From an uncultured Vicinamibacteraceae bacterium (GTDB lineage: Bacteria > Acidobacteriota > Vicinamibacteria > Vicinamibacterales > UBA8438): DNA of 64,000 nt. The stretch is taken from assembly GCA_964507425.1 (NCBI GenBank), contig CAZDQD010000015.1:1071-65070 (forward strand), read 5' to 3'. The notes below the pieces were generated by a model that was not told the origin of the DNA, ran no database searches, and saw nothing but the letters and a program-made list of their open reading frames with translations. Positions 54,931 through 62,850 of this stretch are shown one piece after another. The position numbers and the translations under genes were made by a program. How positions within the stretch are numbered: position 1 is the stretch's first letter; the number at the start of each line of letters is the position of its first letter.

Positions 54931-56580
54931 ATGAATAAAGAACGAGACTGGAGTGTGCTGGCTTCGCGTGTATACGAGTGGCTGGGGTTTGCGGTTGCCT
55001 TGTCGGCACTTCACCTTTCACTAACTTTTATGAATGTCTGGCCGACGCTCAAAGTGCGTGCTGGAGACGAATTTTCTGTTGAGGTAGCCGTTGCGGTGTT
55101 GTCGCTTGTGTGTGTGGCCTCGTGGCGCCGAAAGACCGCCGAGTTTCGATTTCATTGGTTGTCTGGTATCTGGGTCCTGTTGGTTTTGGGGCGGTACATC
55201 GATGTTACAACGCGGTCTCTCTATGGTCGAGATGTCAACCTTTATTGGGACCTCCGTCATGTTCCTAAAGTAGGTGCGATGTTTACGACCGTTGCTTCAG
55301 TCTGGGAGACGCTGCTCGTGGTATTCGCGGCGATTATGGTGCCTGTAGTGATCTACCTTTCGGCTTATTGGTGCTTTACGAGAATATTTAGTGTGTTGAG
55401 GAATGTTCACATTAGAAGATCTCTTGGCGTCGCTGCTTCCGCTATTTGCTTGCTATACGTTTTAGACCGCGTTGGTGTCGGTTCTCCGCTCGAAGCAGAG
55501 TTTTCAGATCCAGTTTCAATAGCCGGTGTCGAGGAGGTGTATGAATATATCTATGAAATGACAGGTGCTGGTGTGGCAGCTTTGGGTCCGCCTCAGCTAC
55601 TTTCATCAGATTTTGAACATGTACAAGGTGCAGACGTGGTTCTTGTTTTCATGGAATCCTACGGCGCTGTTAGCTGGGAAGCCGAACATTTGGCTGCTGA
55701 TCTAGCACCAAGTCGGTCGAAGTTTGAAGAAGACGTTGTCGAAACAGGTCGTAACGTTGTATCGGCGTTAGTGGAATCAACTACGTTTGGTGGAGAATCA
55801 TGGCTGGCGCACATCAGTTTGCTTTCTGGGATCGAAATACGAGATGACCGCGCGAACGCTCGGTTGATGGCGCAAGACAGGGACACGTTGGTGAAACTGT
55901 TTGGTCGACAGGGGTACCGGACGGTGGCAATTATGCCTGGGCACCTCCAAGCGTGGCCTGAAGGAGCGTTTTACGGTTTCGATGAAATTTATGATCACGG
56001 CAAGCTCGATTATGAAGGCCCGCCTTTCGGTTGGTGGAGTGTAACGGACCAGTATGCCCTCGCCCGTGTGGACAGCGAGGAGATGGAACCGAAGGGAGTC
56101 GACCCTCGTTTTGTTGTATTTACGACGCTTAGTACTCACGCGCCGTTTACGCCGGCACCCCCGTACCAGCCGGATTGGTCCCGTGTCCTGACGGACCAGC
56201 CGTACGATTCAGAGTCATTAGACCGTGCGTGGTCTGATTGGCCTGATTGGTTTAACCTGGGACCAAGTTACGTTAAGGCGCTTGGCTATGCCTATCAAAC
56301 GTTTGGTGGGTATCTCAGATTTCGTGCCGAGCGAGACCTCGTAATGATCTTGATTGGTGACCATCAGCCCCCGGCTTTGGTCAGCGGTGAAGAGGCCTCT
56401 TGGAATGTGCCAATTCACGTGGTGACAAATCGGCAACGGCTACTCGAAAAGCTCCAAGACCGACACTTTGTGGAGGGTTTAGATCCGAGAGGTCCTGTTG
56501 TCGCTAGGATGGATACGCTACTGCCCATTTTACTTGAGGCGTTTGGTAACAATGCGGGCATTTCCAGAGCGTCTAACTAG
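54931..56580 (+). CDS. Membrane-anchored alkaline-phosphatase-superfamily (sulfatase/LTA-synthase-like) protein
   Basis: Several N-terminal TM helices; FMESYG, STTFGGESWLAH, STHAPF, IGDHQP. Confidence 0.75.
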   Translation: MNKERDWSVLASRVYEWLGFAVALSALHLSLTFMNVWPTLKVRAGDEFSVEVAVAVLSLVCVASWRRKTAEFRFHWLSGIWVLLVLGRYIDVTTRSLYGRDVNLYWDLRHVPKVGAMFTTVASVWETLLVVFAAIMVPVVIYLSAYWCFTRIFSVLRNVHIRRSLGVAASAICLLYVLDRVGVGSPLEAEFSDPVSIAGVEEVYEYIYEMTGAGVAALGPPQLLSSDFEHVQGADVVLVFMESYGAVSWEAEHLAADLAPSRSKFEEDVVETGRNVVSALVESTTFGGESWLAHISLLSGIEIRDDRANARLMAQDRDTLVKLFGRQGYRTVAIMPGHLQAWPEGAFYGFDEIYDHGKLDYEGPPFGWWSVTDQYALARVDSEEMEPKGVDPRFVVFTTLSTHAPFTPAPPYQPDWSRVLTDQPYDSESLDRAWSDWPDWFNLGPSYVKALGYAYQTFGGYLRFRAERDLVMILIGDHQPPALVSGEEASWNVPIHVVTNRQRLLEKLQDRHFVEGLDPRGPVVARMDTLLPILLEAFGNNAGISRASN

Positions 56581-56614
56581 ATCGGTATGTCGTCAATAAA
56601 GTTGAGTCCGGACG

Positions 56615-57850
56615 TTAGCAATAATTTCTAGGCACATCGATTAACACACATTGCCACAATAGTTGTTTCAAGTGTTCTCCGACCGAAGCCGGGTTGATTC
56701 GTCCGCGGAGGTCACCGTCTACGATTATTCGATCTGGAAGATAGTGTTTGGATTCGGAATATTCCAACTCGTAATGCTCGTTTGGAAATTGTCTAGTGAG
56801 GGAAGAGCGTCCGTCTTGGTAGTCGACATGGTAGAGCGGGTTGATGACGAGTTCACTGTCTAAGCTGCTGGCGAACGGCACTCCGATGTGTTCAAAATGT
56901 ATGCGTTGTTGGCTGGCAATTAAGGTTAGTGAAGAGGTTGTCCCGATTTCCGACGGTGATAGATGTTTTGTAAGGTCAACATGTCGGTGCGCCAAGAGAT
57001 CGTTAAACAAATGTGTATCATCGAAAAGTTTTGGATATTTTGACTTAAAAAGTCCGGAGTAGGCCTCTGCTGTAAGGGTGTCGCCGGCTGAAATGTTCTC
57101 GCCACGAGCGTTATGAAGATGAGGCATGACGATGATTCCGTCGGCACTGGCAATCCGTATCATTTCACCGGCGCACAGTCGTTTGTTCCAGATATAAGGA
57201 AAGGCGTCGGAAAGTAGGACTGTTGAAAAAAGACCGTCGATAAACGGGAGAGGGTTATTCGCATCGCAGCATACCGGCACAGCGCGACGGGCGACTATGC
57301 GAGAGGCGAGCCACAGCTTCCAAAAATGAAGATCAACGAGTACAGTTTGGTGCGATGGACGGCACTTCATCAGCGTATGCGTGAGATGCCCAGAGCCTCC
57401 ACAGAGGTCAAGAATACGCGCGTTATCTTCATGCTGTGCTAGAACTGCCTGCACGGTTGCCGCAGAGACTCTGTACGTTGGATCTGAAAAACGGTATAGG
57501 AAATATTCTGTTTCCGCGTCTTGGTTTAAAAGGGGCAGTAGTTCTCGGAACGTTGTCGGACTATTTGATAACTGTTTAGAGAGTTCAGTGGCACCGTTCT
57601 CGTCCAAGTTGAGCAAAATATTTCTGGCTGCATCGCGGGTGCCGGTCTCAAGCGCGCGTATTGCTTCACGTGAAGCGTCATTGGCAATGAGTACAGGAAT
57701 ACCATCTACAATTGGAAAGGCGCAACACTCACAGCCGAGGACACCGAAGTTGACTTCCGTTTCAGTTGCTTCCAGCGCATTGTTGTTAACAATCGATAGG
57801 TTGGTACCACAAAACGGGCACCGTAGCCATGCGAGAGTATCTCGAAGCAT
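56615..57850 (-). CDS. Trm112-like zinc-ribbon fused to a class I SAM-dependent methyltransferase
   Basis: LRCPFCG...GCECCAFPIVDGIPVL; ILDLCGGSGHL; VCCDANNPLPF. Confidence 0.7.
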   Translation of the reverse strand: MLRDTLAWLRCPFCGTNLSIVNNNALEATETEVNFGVLGCECCAFPIVDGIPVLIANDASREAIRALETGTRDAARNILLNLDENGATELSKQLSNSPTTFRELLPLLNQDAETEYFLYRFSDPTYRVSAATVQAVLAQHEDNARILDLCGGSGHLTHTLMKCRPSHQTVLVDLHFWKLWLASRIVARRAVPVCCDANNPLPFIDGLFSTVLLSDAFPYIWNKRLCAGEMIRIASADGIIVMPHLHNARGENISAGDTLTAEAYSGLFKSKYPKLFDDTHLFNDLLAHRHVDLTKHLSPSEIGTTSSLTLIASQQRIHFEHIGVPFASSLDSELVINPLYHVDYQDGRSSLTRQFPNEHYELEYSESKHYLPDRIIVDGDLRGRINPASVGEHLKQLLWQCVLIDVPRNYC

Positions 57851-58641
57851 TAATCCTCCGGTTGAACGAGGTCTTCGATAAAGGCGACTGCTTGGTTGCC
57901 GACCTGCGCTCGCCGATAATGTTCTTTGTTGAGGAGCTTTGGTGCGTCTTTCAGGGCGACATATGCTAGCGCACTGTGTTGAAATTGGGAACGGTGGCAG
58001 GCGAGTGCCTCAAGTTTGGTGATGCCATAAGCCTTTGCGTCTACAACAAATGTTGGAGGTAAGTTCTCGCAGCCCCAGGCATCTGGATCGTCAATTCCAA
58101 GTATTGATTGCGGAGGTTTATGAAGGCCTTTATGTGTTTGCCACGCATCCCTGACATGCTCGACGAGCGTCCGCATTGTTCCAGACGGGATACTCGCATA
58201 ATAAAGTGCCGGGGGGTTGTCTTGTATTTGATTCACGACGGTAGTGGTTCTCTCATGCACGGCAATATGGTCAGGGTGTCCATAGACACCATCGCTATCA
58301 AAGGTAATAACAACATCTGGTTTAGCTTGTTTAATTATTGTCGCGATATCGTTTTCAAGACGTTCTGGATCGATCCATGGCAACATCCCGTCTTCGTGAG
58401 CGAGTATTGTTGTAGCGTGGATGCCGAGTAATTTTGCTGCGGCGTTAAGTTCTAGCTCCCTACCGGTAACGACGGATGGTTTGCCCTGACCGTGTTCGCC
58501 TTTCGTTAGGCAGAGTAGGCTGACTCTCGCACCTAAGTCTGCGCACCATGCTAGTAATCCTCCACATAGGATAGCTTCGTCGTCTGGATGAGCGGTGACG
58601 GCGAGCAGGGAGTGTCCCGTGAATTGTTTGGTTTGCCTCAT
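57850..58641 (-). CDS. PIG-L/MshB family de-N-acetylase
   Basis: AHPDDE, LTKGE, GVYGHPDHIAVH, ALACHRSQ. Confidence 0.88.
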   Translation of the reverse strand: MRQTKQFTGHSLLAVTAHPDDEAILCGGLLAWCADLGARVSLLCLTKGEHGQGKPSVVTGRELELNAAAKLLGIHATTILAHEDGMLPWIDPERLENDIATIIKQAKPDVVITFDSDGVYGHPDHIAVHERTTTVVNQIQDNPPALYYASIPSGTMRTLVEHVRDAWQTHKGLHKPPQSILGIDDPDAWGCENLPPTFVVDAKAYGITKLEALACHRSQFQHSALAYVALKDAPKLLNKEHYRRAQVGNQAVAFIEDLVQPED

Positions 58642-59723
58642 GATGGTTCTATTTCTGAGGCAACGGTGGGAGTCAACTCTCTTGCCAGCTTACGGTAGAT
58701 GGAAAGGTACTCATCTACCATCTTGTCTGGAGAAAAGCGGGAAACAGCGTGGGTCCGAACAGCTACTCTGTCTAATGTCGTGACTCGATGTAGCCCATTG
58801 ACTAAATCCTCCATCGTATCGAAGATGCCGCCAGAGTATCCGTCTTGAATGAGTTCAGAGACGGCACCGCGGTTTAGCGCGGCAACGGGGGTTCCACATG
58901 ACATCGACTCGGCCATGACGAGACCGAACGGTTCGTCAGCTTGTACGGGGTAGAGGAGAGCTCGTGCTTTTCCCAGAAGCTCTATTTTTCTTTCGAGATC
59001 AAGTTCTCCTTCGTAGATGATGTTTTTTCCATCAACGAGTGGTGCTACTTCATGGAGGTAGTAGCTATTTTTCGCAGCAGCAAGTACGAGTCGAAGTTTG
59101 AGCTTCTTCGCAGCCTGAATGGCCTCAATTACTCCTTTTTCTTTTGTGAAACGTCCCAGAAAGAGCAAATAATCATCTGGGTGTGGGTTGAACCGAAATT
59201 GTGTAATGTCAACGGCGTGGTGCACCGTTCCGACGACACGAAGTTCAGCAAGCTTTTGAGCTTGGCTGTTTGATATCGCAATGAAAGGTGCTTCTGGATA
59301 GCGTCGCCATAGTAATACTTCTGGTGGCGTTGGACTGTGATGTACGGTGTGCACCAAAGGTGTTTGCGACATTCTCTGAAATGCGAGTGAGAAAGGTGCA
59401 TATTCAGCATGGCAGTGGATGACGTCGAAAAAGGACGAACGTTCAACTGCGTTGGACACGTTTAAGACTTCACAGAATTCCCAAGGCCAAAGCGAGTCAT
59501 CTTCGTTGTAACCGGACATGAATGTTGATTCCAGTTTGCCAGTCGTCTGCGATGAGGCTGTGGCAAACAACGTGACTTGATGCCCTTTTCTGACAAGACC
59601 GTCTACGAGCAGGCTGGTCATGGTTTCTATGGAACCAGATTTTGAAGGAGGCAAAGACTGCGCAACGGGTACGACTTGGGCAATGCGCAGTGGAGGCAGG
59701 GTGCTCCGTCTGTGGTTGCTCAT
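58638..59723 (-). CDS. Glycosyltransferase family 4
   Basis: GHQVTLFA, HTVH, LGRFTKEKG, EPFGLVMAESMSCGTPV. Confidence 0.88.
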   Translation of the reverse strand: MSNHRRSTLPPLRIAQVVPVAQSLPPSKSGSIETMTSLLVDGLVRKGHQVTLFATASSQTTGKLESTFMSGYNEDDSLWPWEFCEVLNVSNAVERSSFFDVIHCHAEYAPFSLAFQRMSQTPLVHTVHHSPTPPEVLLWRRYPEAPFIAISNSQAQKLAELRVVGTVHHAVDITQFRFNPHPDDYLLFLGRFTKEKGVIEAIQAAKKLKLRLVLAAAKNSYYLHEVAPLVDGKNIIYEGELDLERKIELLGKARALLYPVQADEPFGLVMAESMSCGTPVAALNRGAVSELIQDGYSGGIFDTMEDLVNGLHRVTTLDRVAVRTHAVSRFSPDKMVDEYLSIYRKLARELTPTVASEIEPS

Positions 59724-60841
59724 GGCGAGGCTCTTTCCAGTAGCGACAGTAGAACCCGCGATGCATCAAAATATTCATGGGCGATGGCCACTGCCTCAGC
59801 GGAATGCTTGTCGTAGTTGTTATCCACTTCAGCGACAGATTCAACTGCTTCGTTAATCGTCCGGAAAGCAAGTAGACCAGTACCGTTAGGTAGGTGAGCG
59901 CTCCATCCGGTGTCCTGCACAACAGCTGGTCGGCCGGCAGCCAAATAGCATTCCGTCCGATCGCTGAACCAGCCTGAACGATAGGCAACGTAGGCATGCT
60001 TAGCTATGCCAAATTCAGCACGAGAGCGATGAATGAAATCGCGGTAATCGTCAATCGTTCTTGAAATGGTCATGGCCGGGACCGGGGCCCAGCCATGTGT
60101 CCTGAGTAGGTCGGTCGGACCGTTTACGGCCAGGGAGAAGCACGCGCTTGTTTGTGCTGGCAATTCGAGAAAACGTATAAATTCTCGATCCTTGTCTCCT
60201 TTGATGTCCGTAAAGCTTTCTGTTTGCCAGGTCATCACGGTTGTAAAACAGCTGTGAGTTGGTGGCGCCTGACACCGCCACAAATCAAGAACGACCGGTT
60301 GCCAAGTTTTGAGCCATGTGAACTCGCCTGTAGGGACGTTAGACAACGAAGTGCCTATGTTCGCACCAAAGGTGAAAAGATGGCTGAAACCTCGAAAGAA
60401 TTCGACGTACCACGGGTCTGCTTTAGCGATGGAGAGTTGCGTGAAAACAGGGTCTGAATCAATAAAAATGCGTCTCGGGATATTGCGGTATTCCTCTCGC
60501 CAGAACCAGGCTCCCCCCGAGAGGTTGATGAAGAGGTCCGCGTCCTGGCAAAAAATACGAACTTCCTCGTGAGACATGCCGTGATAGGAGCCGTCATAGT
60601 TAACAAAAGACCACTTGTCACCTAGGCCAAAGGTCTCAAGGGTTTGCTGGATGTAGTTCGTACCGTACTGAGGGTTTTCCGATCGTGTATTTAGCTCGGG
60701 ATCGTAAATACATTCACCGGTGTCCTCAAGATAACAGACCTCATGCCCAAGGTTTCGGAGCCCGACCAAGTACATCAGCGAACACCAAGTAACGCCACCG
60801 AAGGGATAGCGCGCGATGATGCCAGCGACTACGATCTTCAT
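59720..60841 (-). CDS. Putative GT-B fold glycosyltransferase (CgeB-like), uncharacterised
   Basis: GGVTW..LMYLVGLRNLGHEVCYLE; GWFSDRTECYLAAGRPAVVQDTG resembles a GT-B C-terminal donor-binding motif. Confidence 0.55.
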   Translation of the reverse strand: MKIVVAGIIARYPFGGVTWCSLMYLVGLRNLGHEVCYLEDTGECIYDPELNTRSENPQYGTNYIQQTLETFGLGDKWSFVNYDGSYHGMSHEEVRIFCQDADLFINLSGGAWFWREEYRNIPRRIFIDSDPVFTQLSIAKADPWYVEFFRGFSHLFTFGANIGTSLSNVPTGEFTWLKTWQPVVLDLWRCQAPPTHSCFTTVMTWQTESFTDIKGDKDREFIRFLELPAQTSACFSLAVNGPTDLLRTHGWAPVPAMTISRTIDDYRDFIHRSRAEFGIAKHAYVAYRSGWFSDRTECYLAAGRPAVVQDTGWSAHLPNGTGLLAFRTINEAVESVAEVDNNYDKHSAEAVAIAHEYFDASRVLLSLLERASP

Positions 60842-62679
60842 GATGGTGTTTTACTTATTGTCCCGGCCAGATTCGGCTCAGCCATAGTGTCGGAATCGAT
60901 CATTTCAACACGAGACAGCTTTAGCCAGAGCTGGCGGTAGAGTTCACAGTTTGCCAGTAGCCGGTCATGTTGTCCAACCGCGGCTATTCGTCCTTGGTTA
61001 AGGACAATGATGCACGTCGCATCTTTGATTGTTGTCAGTCGGTGAGCGATGACGAGGGTCGTACGTTTTGGTCGGAGATGGCGGATGGCCTCAAAGACAG
61101 CAGATTCAGAAATTGAATCGATGGCCGATGTGGGTTCGTCCAAAATTAAAATCGGTGCATCCTTCAACATTGCTCGAGCCACCCCAAGCCTTTGGCGCTC
61201 TCCGCCCGAGAGTGTCGAACCGTCTTCTCCGATCACGGTCTCGTAACCGTTGGGGAGTTCTTGAATGAACGAATGGATGTGTGCCAGCTGTGCGGCTTGT
61301 TCAACCTCGTTGTCCGATGCTTCGAGGTCGCCAAATTTAATGTTGTCACGAATAGTTCCCGCAAAAAGTATTGGGTTCTGTGGTACGAGTGCGATTTGTT
61401 TCCTCAAGGCGTGTAGCCCGTAACGGGTAATGTCTACCCCGTCTATGAGAACCTGACCAGATGTTGCATCGAACAATCTCGGAATTAGGTTAGCGAGGGT
61501 TGTTTTACCCGCGCCGGTAGGTCCGACGATGGCGACCAAGTTCCCCTTACCTGCAGTGAAACTGATCGCATCTAGCACCTGACGTGTGTCGTCATAAGAA
61601 AAAGAGACGTTCTTGAACTGAAGGTGTCCTTGAATTGCCGTGGTTAGCGCGCCGGGTTCTTCAGGCACTTCGGGCTTGACTGAAAAAATGTCTTGTACGC
61701 GCTTAGTGCTCACGAGTGCTTGTTGGAGGGAACCAATGGTATGAGCAATGGAAGAAACTGGATCGTAGACGGCCGCCATATACGCAATGACGACAAGTAA
61801 CGTTCCTAGTGCGAGTTCTCCGCTCAGTACGTGAAGGCCACCCACGATAAGTACGAGCGTTGTTCCCAGGAGCGTAATCGCTGTGATGGCTCCCGAGAAA
61901 AGCGATTCCTGCCACGTTAAGTTCAGTCGGGCTGAAATTGTCTCAGTGCTAGCCTCGTTGAACCGGTCTCGCTCGTGAGTTTCTCGAGTAAAGCTTTTTA
62001 TGGCAGAGATTGAACGTAGCGTTTCGTATGCCCGTTCGATCAGCCACGACTCTTTTGTTTTTACTGCCTCTGCCTGATTGGTGAGTGTGGTTGTGTGGTA
62101 TCGGAGGCAGAGATATAGAAAAGGTGTGATGCTTAGCGCCATTATTGCCAGTAATGAATCTATTTGAAGCAGGATCGTAAACATCACGGCGAGATTGAGT
62201 CCCGCCAGAACAAGCGGAAACACACCACCGGTAACGAGGTCGTTAACACAATAAGTGTCTGCATCAAGTCGATACACAGAATCCGAAGTGCGGTGCGTAA
62301 CGTGATGTTTTAACGGGAGCGCTTGAAGGTGATTAAGTAGCTTACTTCGTAGGTCGTGGACTATATGTTGCCCCATATCGACCTGCCATTGTGTGTGGAC
62401 CATGCGAGCCGCCTCACTGCCCATTTGTAGTAATAGGCCGCTAACAGCAAATATTAAGAGCAGCGTAATTGGTTGCAAGTTGTCGAGGATGGGTAGAACT
62501 GCGGTGAGAGTTGCCGGGAACTCGACGGAGCCGAGAACTTGATCGACTATCAACTTCAAGGTCCAGGGAGCAGCCGCTAGGAGTGCAATTTCCGTTACGG
62601 AGAGAAGGAGGATACCAACTACTCGAATGCGGTACGGCCAAAGAAACGATGCGATCCAGTGAATTAACGGCGTAGCCAC
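60838..62679 (-). CDS. ABC exporter, fused TMD-NBD (MsbA-like)
   Basis: N-terminal TM helices; Walker A GPTGAGKT; LSGGERQR; ILILDE; IAHR. Confidence 0.92.
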   Translation of the reverse strand: MATPLIHWIASFLWPYRIRVVGILLLSVTEIALLAAAPWTLKLIVDQVLGSVEFPATLTAVLPILDNLQPITLLLIFAVSGLLLQMGSEAARMVHTQWQVDMGQHIVHDLRSKLLNHLQALPLKHHVTHRTSDSVYRLDADTYCVNDLVTGGVFPLVLAGLNLAVMFTILLQIDSLLAIMALSITPFLYLCLRYHTTTLTNQAEAVKTKESWLIERAYETLRSISAIKSFTRETHERDRFNEASTETISARLNLTWQESLFSGAITAITLLGTTLVLIVGGLHVLSGELALGTLLVVIAYMAAVYDPVSSIAHTIGSLQQALVSTKRVQDIFSVKPEVPEEPGALTTAIQGHLQFKNVSFSYDDTRQVLDAISFTAGKGNLVAIVGPTGAGKTTLANLIPRLFDATSGQVLIDGVDITRYGLHALRKQIALVPQNPILFAGTIRDNIKFGDLEASDNEVEQAAQLAHIHSFIQELPNGYETVIGEDGSTLSGGERQRLGVARAMLKDAPILILDEPTSAIDSISESAVFEAIRHLRPKRTTLVIAHRLTTIKDATCIIVLNQGRIAAVGQHDRLLANCELYRQLWLKLSRVEMIDSDTMAEPNLAGTISKTPS

Positions 62680-62850
62680 AGTGGTTGAACGGTGTTTGCC
62701 ATGCTATCACTCTTCTGAGTCAGGGAGGCTTTTCCCTGTGGTTATAGGACAGATGGGAGAAAAACGATAGACTATTCCATGGGTTAGGCAGGCCCACCCG
62801 CGGGTGTGGCGTAACTGGTTGAAGAGAAACGCGAACTAGAGGAGGCCGTA

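Noticed and set aside
62795-62806. Perfect 12-bp palindrome CACCCGCGGGTG in the divergent gap
   Set aside because: About 16 such palindromes are expected by chance in 64 kb; no second copy seen
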